Shown piece by piece: positions 16,684 to 24,446 of a stretch of 24,991 bases of DNA (position 1 is its first letter; every line of letters starts with the position of its first letter). A model generated the notes under the pieces. It had not been told where the DNA came from and did not search any database. It saw only the letters and a program-made list of their open reading frames with translations. The position numbers and the translations under genes are program-made. The stretch comes from Promethearchaeota archaeon (GTDB taxonomy: Archaea > Asgardarchaeota > Lokiarchaeia > Sigyniarchaeales > SOKP01), in contig JAEOTP010000052.1 in the NCBI GenBank assembly GCA_016839765.1, positions 1-24,991 of the forward strand, in the 5' to 3' direction.

Positions 16684-16881
16684 TTAATGCTTTGAGAAAA
16701 TCTCATTCATAATATCTTCAACTAGACTAAAAATATCAAAATCTCCATTCTAGTCTTTTAATATATATTTATAAATACTTTCTATCTTTAAAACTAATTC
16801 TTTTGAATAATAGTCGAATCTTTTCAATTCTTCTTTGCTGATTAAAACTCAAGTAAGGATCTTTATTAGATTTGTATCCAT
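16684..16881 (-). pseudogene. Decayed longin-like domain remnant
   Basis: One frame reads MDTNLIKILT*VLISKEELKRFDYYSKELVLKIESIYKYILKD*NGDFDIFSLVEDIMNEIFSKH*, with internal TGA (16849-51) and TAG (16750-52). The tail resembles the Y...L..WNGD...F...I.EIF ending I recall from Loki longin-like domains. Confidence 0.5.
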
Positions 16882-17043
16882 TATTTTTCCAAAGTGTAAA
16901 AAGTGAAACCACTTTTAGTCAAATATAACTTAATAATTTTAATATTTTTATTAAACTAAAAATAGTATTAACAAACAATTCAGATTTTATTCTATATTAT
17001 TAAGAATAAGTTTTTAAGCTAGAAAATGTTTTTTATATATAAG

Positions 17044-17065
17044 TAATTTTGAATAATCATTCAAA
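17044..17065. promoter_or_regulatory. Palindromic operator candidate between TATA-like box and the NifX/IssA operon
   Basis: TTTGAATAATCATTCAAA (16/18 self-complementary), just downstream of tttttatatata (~17030-17041); the core ends 26 nt before ATG 17089. Confidence 0.55.
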
Positions 17066-17088
17066 TTAAAATTAAGGATGAAGATAAA

Positions 17089-17448
17089 ATGAATAGAATA
17101 ATAGCGATTCCTTCCAATGGACCTGATATCACAAATTATATTTCTGAGCATTTTGGTCATTGTGAATATTTCGTTGGCATTGAAATCGATAATTTTGGTA
17201 GTTTTAAAGAAGTCTTTTCTTTACAAAATCATGGACATTCAGGATGTATGGAGCCAGTTATTAATATGGTAAAAAGAAATGTCAAAGATATGATTGTTGG
17301 TGGTATAGGTGGTAGACCTTATATGGGATTTATTCAATATAATATAAGACTCCATAAAGGAATTAATGGGACTTTGAAAGAAAATATTGAAAATTTAATA
17401 CAAGGAAAATTAAAACCTTTAACAGGACCAATGTGTAGAGGTCATTAA
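17089..17448 (+). CDS. NifB/NifX (COG1433) metal-cluster binding protein
   Basis: IAIPS...ISEHFGHCEYF, HGHSGC, IVGGIGGRP and C-terminal MCRGH. Confidence 0.9.
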   Translation: MNRIIAIPSNGPDITNYISEHFGHCEYFVGIEIDNFGSFKEVFSLQNHGHSGCMEPVINMVKRNVKDMIVGGIGGRPYMGFIQYNIRLHKGINGTLKENIENLIQGKLKPLTGPMCRGH

Positions 17449-17489
17449 TATAATTATAGTCTAAATTTAAATTTTGAGGTGATAAATAT

Positions 17490-17897
17490 ATGAAAATCGC
17501 AATAAGTACTGAATCTAATCAAGTTAGTGCCCATTTTGGGAGAGCTCCAACATTTACATTTATTACTATTGAGAATGATAAATTAGTAAAGAGAGAGGAA
17601 TTTTCTAATCCCGGACATACTGTTGGGAGCATTCCTGAATTTGTGAACAAACATGGAGCAGAGTATATGATTGCTGGAGGAATGGGACATAGAGCTATGG
17701 CTTTTTTCGAACAATATGGAATCAACGTTATAGTTGGAGTCCAAGGAACAATAGATAATGTAATTGAAAGGATTTTAGATGGTCAAATTAAAACTATGGG
17801 TGGTGAGAGCCTCTGTGCTCCCGGCGGAGGAAAAGGCTATGGTGTTGAAAAGATTCACACCGAAGCTGATAACAACCATGAACATCATCATCATTAA
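17490..17897 (+). CDS. NifB/NifX (COG1433) protein with His-rich tail
   Basis: MKIAIST...VSAHFGRAPTF, NPGH, IAGGMG and tail SLCAPGGG...NHEHHHH. GAGGTGA SD. Confidence 0.9.
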   Translation: MKIAISTESNQVSAHFGRAPTFTFITIENDKLVKREEFSNPGHTVGSIPEFVNKHGAEYMIAGGMGHRAMAFFEQYGINVIVGVQGTIDNVIERILDGQIKTMGGESLCAPGGGKGYGVEKIHTEADNNHEHHHH

Positions 17898-17965
17898 ATC
17901 TGAATTTTTAGTATAAAATTATTTCAAATAAAAGTTAATTAAAAAAAATGAGGTTTGTATAAAGA

Positions 17966-18427
17966 ATGGTTATAATTGCTGTACCTTCAAATGGAAATGG
18001 TGGATTGAATGAGCAAATGAATCCCCGATTTGGGCGATGTCCTAGTTTTACTTTCGTAACAGTTGAGAATAATGAAATTAAAGAAGTAAAAGCAGTACCT
18101 AATCATGCAGCAGATGCTATGGGAGGTGCTGGTATTCAAGCAGCTCAGATTGTGGGTAATAATAGCGCTAATGAAGTAATTGTTGGTTCTTTAGGTCCCA
18201 ATGCAGCTCAATCACTGAGTTCTTTGAAGTTAAAGATATATCAAGCCCCAAATCAACCAATTTCAGTAAAAGAGGTTATAAATTTATATCTAGAGCATAA
18301 ATTACAATTGATTACTTCTGCAAATGTTTCATCTCACTATGGAATGGGTAGAGGTGGAGGTATGGGCGGTGGTCGTGGTATGGGTGGTGGTCGTGGTATG
18401 GGACGTCAAAATAGAAGTCCATTTTAG
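17966..18427 (+). CDS. NifB/NifX (COG1433) protein, IssA-like, with Gly/Met/Arg tail
   Basis: IAVPS...PRFGRCPSF, GGAGIQAAQ, GPNA and tail GMGRGGGMGGGRGMGGGRGMGR. Confidence 0.9.
   Translation: MVIIAVPSNGNGGLNEQMNPRFGRCPSFTFVTVENNEIKEVKAVPNHAADAMGGAGIQAAQIVGNNSANEVIVGSLGPNAAQSLSSLKLKIYQAPNQPISVKEVINLYLEHKLQLITSANVSSHYGMGRGGGMGGGRGMGGGRGMGRQNRSPF
18341..18406 (+). repeat. 18-nt coding tandem repeat (GMGGGR units)
   Basis: ggtatgggYggtggtcgt occurs twice (18359-18394), with degenerate flanking copies. Confidence 0.7.
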
Positions 18428-18463
18428 ATAATATTAGTTACAGTTTAAATAATTTGGATCATC

Positions 18464-19375
18464 ATGGCAAAAATCATTTGTATTACTGGTGGGAAAGGAG
18501 GTACTGGAAAGACATTAATAGCTGTAAATTTGGCAACATTATTCAAAAATCATGGATTTAATGTATTATTAGTTGATGGAGATGTTGAAAACCCTAATAC
18601 ATATCTATTAATGAATGGAAAGCTTGAGAATTCTAGCGAAGTATCTTTTTTTGAACCTAAAATTGATGAACATAAATGTACCAAATGCGGGTTATGCGCA
18701 GAAAATTGTATATCTCACGCTCTACTGTATATTAAAGATGCTATTCCAATTCCCATATTGAATGTTTGCTCTGGATGTAAATTATGCTATAAAATCTGCC
18801 CAACAGAGGCCATAATAGCGGATTCAAGAGTAATCGGTTTGATTTATAGTACGAAAGTAAATAATATCGATTTGCTAATCGGTGAATTAAAACCTTCAGA
18901 AGCTAGATCGGCTGTTATCGTGAAAGCTTTAATGGAGAAAATAGATATACTTTTAAATGATAAACATGAAAAGTATGATGTTATCATTTTTGATACAGCT
19001 CCAGGAGCACATTGTGATGTTGAAGAGTTGATTCAAAGAGCTGATTATGTAATACCAGTTACGGAACCAACGAGATTTGGGAGATTAGATTTATTAAGAA
19101 TAATTGAATTAATTGATCTTCTAAACAAAGAATACAGAGTTATTGTAAATAGATCATCTCTATTGGGTTTTAGAGATCAATTTTTAAATGAACTTAATGA
19201 TAACGATATTCAAGTATTAGGTGATATTCCATTAGATGAAGATATAGTGAAATCATACTGCATTGGAGTTCCACTAATGGATAATCATAGTCGTTTCGAT
19301 ACACAGGGAAAAGGATATAAGTCTTTTCAAATAATTTATGAAAATTTAGCTAAATGGAGCGGCATAAAAACATGA
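18464..19375 (+). CDS. MinD-superfamily P-loop ATPase with inserted 2x[4Fe-4S] ferredoxin (COG1149)
   Basis: GGKGGTGKT, DGDVENPN, CTKCGLCAENC, CSGCKLCYKICP, DTAPGAHC and TEPT. Confidence 0.92.
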   Translation: MAKIICITGGKGGTGKTLIAVNLATLFKNHGFNVLLVDGDVENPNTYLLMNGKLENSSEVSFFEPKIDEHKCTKCGLCAENCISHALLYIKDAIPIPILNVCSGCKLCYKICPTEAIIADSRVIGLIYSTKVNNIDLLIGELKPSEARSAVIVKALMEKIDILLNDKHEKYDVIIFDTAPGAHCDVEELIQRADYVIPVTEPTRFGRLDLLRIIELIDLLNKEYRVIVNRSSLLGFRDQFLNELNDNDIQVLGDIPLDEDIVKSYCIGVPLMDNHSRFDTQGKGYKSFQIIYENLAKWSGIKT

Positions 19376-20298
19376 AAAGAAAGATTGTTGCAGTTATTTC
19401 AGGAAAAGGAGGTGTTGGAAAGACATCATTAACCGCATCTTTAAGCACTCTTGGTAGTAATGATTCTAATATTAATCCTATAGTGCTTGATTGTGATGTT
19501 GATGCTCCAAATTTAGCATTGATTTTAACTCCGAAACGTAAGGAACAAATTCATTCGGAAGATGTTTTCGCAACATTAAAAGCAAATTTAATAGAAGAAA
19601 GATGCATCCAATGTAAAGAGTGTATTGATAATCATTTTTGTGAATTTAATGCATTAAGATGGTTAGAAGATAATCAAATACCGGAAATAGATTATTTAGC
19701 ATGTGAAGGATGCGGTGCATGTAAAGTATTATGTCCTGAACATGCTTTTGAAATTAAAAGTGTTAAAAGTGGTGAGATAATATCTTATGAAACAATATTC
19801 CGATTCCCTTTAATTTATGGCAAAACTAGGTTAGGAAGTACCACTTCTGGAAAATTAGTAGCTGACGTAAAACAATTTGCCCAAAATTTAAGGGAATTTC
19901 AAGCATCAAATATAATTTTAATTGATGGACCTCCTGGAATTGGATGTCCCGTAATATCTGCTATTTCAGGAGTAGATTATGTTATTACTATTACAGAACC
20001 CACTCCTTCAGCTTTACATGATTTAATAAGAACAATAGAATTAGTAGAACAATTTAATATTGATTTTGGAATAGTAATAAATAAAGCAGACTTAGAAAGC
20101 CCCTTTCAAGAAAAATTTAAGCACCTCATTGAAGAAACTGGTTATAATATCCTAGGAAAAATTAAATTTGATTTATCTATACCCGAAGCAATGTCATATG
20201 CAAAACCTGTTGTTAATTATGCCCCAAATTCCTCTGCTAGTATAAGCATTATGGAAATTTACGATAGACTTAAAAATATATTATGGAATCATCAGTAA
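19372..20298 (+). CDS. MinD-superfamily P-loop ATPase with inserted ferredoxin (COG1149), second paralog
   Basis: SGKGGVGKT, DCDVDAPN, CIQCKEC, CEGCGACKVLCP, DGPPGIGCP and TEPT. Start set at the ATGA overlap (19372) rather than 19354. Confidence 0.92.
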   Translation: MKRKIVAVISGKGGVGKTSLTASLSTLGSNDSNINPIVLDCDVDAPNLALILTPKRKEQIHSEDVFATLKANLIEERCIQCKECIDNHFCEFNALRWLEDNQIPEIDYLACEGCGACKVLCPEHAFEIKSVKSGEIISYETIFRFPLIYGKTRLGSTTSGKLVADVKQFAQNLREFQASNIILIDGPPGIGCPVISAISGVDYVITITEPTPSALHDLIRTIELVEQFNIDFGIVINKADLESPFQEKFKHLIEETGYNILGKIKFDLSIPEAMSYAKPVVNYAPNSSASISIMEIYDRLKNILWNHQ

Positions 20299-20458
20299 AT
20301 TTATTTACCTTTTCTATTTTTTATAATAAGACTTTATTTCTTAAAATTTATAATCAATAATCTAAAGAAATTAATAAAGTAGGGAATATTTATACTCACG
20401 AGAGAGATTTAATAAATTCTACTTAAATAGGTGAAATATCATCCCTGTTCAAAATTTC

Positions 20459-20923
20459 ATGGAATTATACAAATATTTGCCAAAAACAAATTGTAAACTA
20501 TGCGGAAAGACTTGTATGGCTTTTGCTTTAGATCTTCTACAAGGCAAGGTAAAAGCTGATGATTGCCCTCCACTTTTAGAACCAAAGTATAAAAAACAGT
20601 ATGAAACCTTAAAAGAATTGCTTGGTTCTGAAGAAGGTGTAGAAAAAGAATTAAGAATAAATGTTGATACTGATCTCTGTGATGGATGTGGAATTTGTGT
20701 AACTATTTGTCCCGTAAATGCAAGATATTGTCCCCCTTCACTAAGTGGAAAAGCTCCCGACTATCCCCCCGAAAAACATCAATTATTTCAAGTTAAAGGT
20801 GGAAAATGTGAATTACTTGAACTTAAATATTGTCGAAGAATTGAAGCAGAGGGTAGAGAAAGAGAATGCCGAGTATGTGAAACGTATTGTCCTCGTGAGG
20901 CAGTAAAAATAGAATATGTATGA
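20459..20923 (+). CDS. fwdG: Formylmethanofuran dehydrogenase subunit G-like ferredoxin with N-terminal Fe-S domain
   Basis: YKYLPKTNCKLCGKTCMAFA...CPPL domain, plus CDGCGICVTICPVNA...SGKAP and CRVCETYCP. The true start may be ATC 20441. Confidence 0.75.
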   Translation: MELYKYLPKTNCKLCGKTCMAFALDLLQGKVKADDCPPLLEPKYKKQYETLKELLGSEEGVEKELRINVDTDLCDGCGICVTICPVNARYCPPSLSGKAPDYPPEKHQLFQVKGGKCELLELKYCRRIEAEGRERECRVCETYCPREAVKIEYV

Positions 20924-20959
20924 TTTGTGCTGATATTAATATACTTTTAGTGATTATTT

Positions 20960-22267
20960 ATGAAAAGATCCGTCTGTTCTGGTTGTTCTTTGTTATGTGA
21001 TGATATCATGGTCAAAAGTGATGGCATTTACATTGATGAGGTATTTGGTGCTTGCCTTAAAGGAAAAGAAAAGTTTGACCAGGTTACCTCTCAAAATAGG
21101 ATTTTAAGTCCTTTAATACGCAAGGATGATACCCTTCAAAAAGCATCTTGGGATGAAGCTTTACAAAGAACGGTTGACCTTATAAAAAAATCAAAAAAAC
21201 CCTTAATATATGGACTTTCTAATTCAAGTTGCGAAGCTCAATTAAAAGGAATTGAGTTAGCAAAATTAATTAATGGCTTTATTGATTCTAATGCTTCAAT
21301 ATGTCAAGGAAAAGTATTAGATAATGCTGTTAATTCGGGAATTACTCTTACAACAATTACAGAAATCATAAATAAAGCGGATTTAATTTTACTATGGGGT
21401 TCAAATGCCGCTGAATCAATCCCCCGACTCTTAAATAAAGTACTTTTTTCTAGGGGTAAATTTCGGATGACAGGACGAGAAATTAAAACTCTTATAATAA
21501 TCGATCCTGTTAAAACTGCATCTTTTAATACTATGGGAGTAAGAGATGTTGCATTAAGGATAACACCAGGAAAAGATATAGAATTAATTAAAGTGTTGAA
21601 AGAAGAATGTTGTGCCGCAGATAGTATTCCTTCTGAAGGAGTTGCTGGTCTTGATAAAGATGATATGAAAAGATTATTGCAACATCTAAGCGGAGCTGAA
21701 TATGGTGTGATTTTTGTAGGGCAAGGTTTATTAACACCCCAGAAAAACTCCAATTTAATTAATGAATTACTAGAGTTAGTACAAATGATTAATATAAAAC
21801 AAGAGAGAGGAAGAATAACTCTTGCTATGATGGGCGGACATTTCAATATGAATGGATTTGACCATGTAGCTTTATCTATGTATGGAAAAAGGGGAAATTT
21901 ACATTTTAAAGATAATCAGATTTTAGAAACAGATGAAAATATTATTTCAAAAATTGAAAATGAAGATTTTGATTGTTCTATATTTATTGGAACTGATCCT
22001 ATTTCACATTTTCCTATGAGTTTAAGCTCGAAACTAGCTAAAAAACCAATTATTTTAATAGATAATCGTAATTCTGCTACATTACAGCTAGCAAGCATAG
22101 TATTGCCTACAACTATAACTGGAATTGAATGTAGTGGTTTAGCCTATAGATTAGATCATATCCCAATTGAATTAAAGAAAATTATAAATCCTCCAAGTAA
22201 GATTCCTACAGATGAGGAGATTCTAAACCAAATTATTCAAAAACTTAAGAGTGATGGAGGTAATTAA
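20960..22267 (+). CDS. fwdB: Formylmethanofuran dehydrogenase subunit B-like (divergent)
   Basis: CSGCSLLCDD...ACLKG Fe-S motif, PLIYG, DSNASIC, ADLILLWGSN, GHFN, DPISHFP and GLAYRLD. Confidence 0.88.
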   Translation: MKRSVCSGCSLLCDDIMVKSDGIYIDEVFGACLKGKEKFDQVTSQNRILSPLIRKDDTLQKASWDEALQRTVDLIKKSKKPLIYGLSNSSCEAQLKGIELAKLINGFIDSNASICQGKVLDNAVNSGITLTTITEIINKADLILLWGSNAAESIPRLLNKVLFSRGKFRMTGREIKTLIIIDPVKTASFNTMGVRDVALRITPGKDIELIKVLKEECCAADSIPSEGVAGLDKDDMKRLLQHLSGAEYGVIFVGQGLLTPQKNSNLINELLELVQMINIKQERGRITLAMMGGHFNMNGFDHVALSMYGKRGNLHFKDNQILETDENIISKIENEDFDCSIFIGTDPISHFPMSLSSKLAKKPIILIDNRNSATLQLASIVLPTTITGIECSGLAYRLDHIPIELKKIINPPSKIPTDEEILNQIIQKLKSDGGN

Positions 22268-22643
22268 AACGGATTTCATTCTTAATACTGTAAGGCGTAT
22301 GGAAAATGATCAATCAAAAGAATTTTCTTTCGGCGATAAAAAATCCTTAGTAGAAAAATTAGCTATAGCTTTTATTAATCCTAAAGACTTCGATAAATTA
22401 AATCTAAGTAGCAAGCCAAATTTAAAAATTTCAAGCAATTTTGGAATAATAATTGTTAAAGGAATAGCGGATGAAGATGTACCTGAAGGAACTGTTCTTA
22501 TGCCAATATCTATCTGGTCAAATCAAATAACGGGAGTAGAAAATTCAGAGCTTAGATACAAAAACATGAGGGTGGATGTCGATATTACTGAAGAAAAAAT
22601 TAATGATCTTAATTCACTCATTAACAAAATAAAGGAGGCATAA
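22251..22643 (+). CDS. fwdD: Formylmethanofuran dehydrogenase subunit D-like (divergent)
   Basis: FILNTVR, AFINPKDFDKL, ISSNFG, VPEGTVLMP..IWSN and YK, typical of the molybdopterin dinucleotide-binding fold. Start uncertain (GTG 22251, ATG 22254 or ACG 22269). Confidence 0.82.
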   Translation: MMEVIKTDFILNTVRRMENDQSKEFSFGDKKSLVEKLAIAFINPKDFDKLNLSSKPNLKISSNFGIIIVKGIADEDVPEGTVLMPISIWSNQITGVENSELRYKNMRVDVDITEEKINDLNSLINKIKEA

Positions 22644-22647
22644 TTAA

Positions 22648-24312
22648 ATGAGTAAATTAATTGTTAAAAACGGAATTGTGTTTGATCCCATTAATAAAAT
22701 TGAAGGCGAAATTAAGGATATTCTTATTGAAAACGGTAAAATTGTAGAAAGGTTCTCGAATCAAAGCGATATTAAAGAAATAAATGCTAAAAATAAAACA
22801 GTTATTCCTTCAGCTATTGATATTCATTCTCATATAGCATCTCAACAAACCAATTGGTTACGATTACTTGGTAGTAAACATAAATCTTTTCAAGAATATT
22901 GGAATAACCTAAGTTTAGAGTATATTGCCAAAGCATATATATCAAATGGTTATACCTTTATTCTCGAGGCTAATGTATATCCCTCCTTATCAAAACAAAC
23001 AATGTTCAATTTCACACAGCTACCGGTGTTAGATAAGGCTATGTTATTGAATGTTAGTAATATCTGGGCTTTAGAATTAGAATACCAGCGAGAAATGGTG
23101 AATGAAGCTTCAACTTTTCTTTCAGATTTGTTGTTGAAAACAAAGGGATTTGGTTTCAAAGTCTATAATCCTTTTGAAGCTGAAAATTGGAATTTTCAAA
23201 AATTAAGAAATGATCTAACAAATAAAGGTAGATTGTTTAACTTTTCTCCTATCGATGTTTATGAAAAAATGACAAAATATAATGAGGCATTAGGCTTACC
23301 TCATTCAGTTCACGTCCATGTAGAAGGTTATGAACAAAGTTATGCGGAAGAAAATTTAAAGCTGATCTTACATAAAATAAAATCTCTAAATTTAATATCA
23401 AGTAAAAGTAATTTGAATATAAACCGTTCACAAATATTTCATCTTGCTCATGCATCTTCATATAATATTGACGGTGATAATTCAGGTTTAATCAAATTTT
23501 ATAATGACAATCAAGAATTTGATCTAGATCTTGGATTCATGGGATTTGATCCTATTAATCCTTTAATTACAAGCGATAGAAGATTAATCAACTCCTTAAT
23601 TGCAGCTGAAAGTCCTTTTAAAGTAATTACTACTGCAGTTGAGTCAGAAGGAGACACATTTTCTACATTAAGGATATTTAATAAACAAAATGAAACAGAT
23701 TGTATTTTATGGGCAAACTCTCTAGATTTAGCGCTTAATATTAAAAATATGTGGCAAATGCAATTATCAATTAATTTCCCTAATTATTCTCATATTAACA
23801 AAATACCTGAAATCGCAACTTTGCTCTTAAGTTCAAATGCTAGAAAGAAGTTTTTAGAAAATTTGAATAAAGAATTTGTAAGAAATAATAAACTAATCAA
23901 TAACAATAAAGAACTTACCTTTTATGATTTCATAATATTAACTCGTTCAAGTCCAGCTAAGTCATTGGGTATAGGTACAGTTAAAGGAAATTTAGGAAAA
24001 AATGCAGATGGAGATTTAAATATACTAAATATTAATATCGATGAAATAGACACTTCAAAAGACATTGAAAAGATAAAGAATTCTTTAAAAAGCATTGAAT
24101 ATGTAATTAAAGAGGGTAAAATCATTAAGAAGGATGACTCAATTGATATCACTCCAAACGGGAAGATATTTTGGAGTTCAGGCACATTTGAATATGAAGA
24201 TAAAAAGTTAATAATGAATCGAAAGAAAGATTTTTACCAGAAATATTACTCGATTTTTTATGATTCTCTTAACACTTCAATAGGTAATGAATTTTTAAGG
24301 GAATTTAATTAA
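22648..24312 (+). CDS. fwdA: Formylmethanofuran dehydrogenase subunit A-like amidohydrolase (divergent)
   Basis: IVKNGIVFDPIN, IDIHSHIA, GYT, GFKVYNP, LGLPHSVHVH, TRSSPAKSLG, KGNLG and YVIKEG. Confidence 0.9.
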   Translation: MSKLIVKNGIVFDPINKIEGEIKDILIENGKIVERFSNQSDIKEINAKNKTVIPSAIDIHSHIASQQTNWLRLLGSKHKSFQEYWNNLSLEYIAKAYISNGYTFILEANVYPSLSKQTMFNFTQLPVLDKAMLLNVSNIWALELEYQREMVNEASTFLSDLLLKTKGFGFKVYNPFEAENWNFQKLRNDLTNKGRLFNFSPIDVYEKMTKYNEALGLPHSVHVHVEGYEQSYAEENLKLILHKIKSLNLISSKSNLNINRSQIFHLAHASSYNIDGDNSGLIKFYNDNQEFDLDLGFMGFDPINPLITSDRRLINSLIAAESPFKVITTAVESEGDTFSTLRIFNKQNETDCILWANSLDLALNIKNMWQMQLSINFPNYSHINKIPEIATLLLSSNARKKFLENLNKEFVRNNKLINNNKELTFYDFIILTRSSPAKSLGIGTVKGNLGKNADGDLNILNINIDEIDTSKDIEKIKNSLKSIEYVIKEGKIIKKDDSIDITPNGKIFWSSGTFEYEDKKLIMNRKKDFYQKYYSIFYDSLNTSIGNEFLREFN

Positions 24313-24446
24313 TATATTAATTTTCTTTAAAATTCCTTTTTAGAAAAAACTCATCAAAATATCAAAGATTTAATTACTTATGTCCTATATATTCATTATT
24401 CATATTTTTAAATGAACTTTAAAATTAAATAATCAGTGTGAAGAAA

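Noticed and set aside
16801-16815. Fourth partial copy of the operator (ttttgaataatagtc)
   Set aside because: The right half is broken and it lies inside the pseudogene remnant, far from a start codon, so it was not counted.
16684-16881. Selenocysteine/pyrrolysine read-through of the in-frame TGA and TAG
   Set aside because: There are two different stops in a short fragment, no redox motif context and no convincing SECIS. Decay is the simpler explanation.
17089-20298. Nitrogen fixation (nif) or cell-division (minD) genes
   Set aside because: No nifH/D/K or radical-SAM NifB domain is present. The ATPases carry ferredoxin inserts and TEPT motifs of COG1149, not division MinD.
808-24185. Short antisense/overlapping ORFs in the track (808, 2280, 2770, 3066, 3807, 4170, 5071, 5211, 6318, 9667, 11656, 13495, 14550, 17519, 21304, 21916, 22950, 23249, 23922)
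   Set aside because: They lie opposite well-supported genes and have no motifs. The similarity between 4170..4454 and 5211..5423 just mirrors the crotonase duplication.
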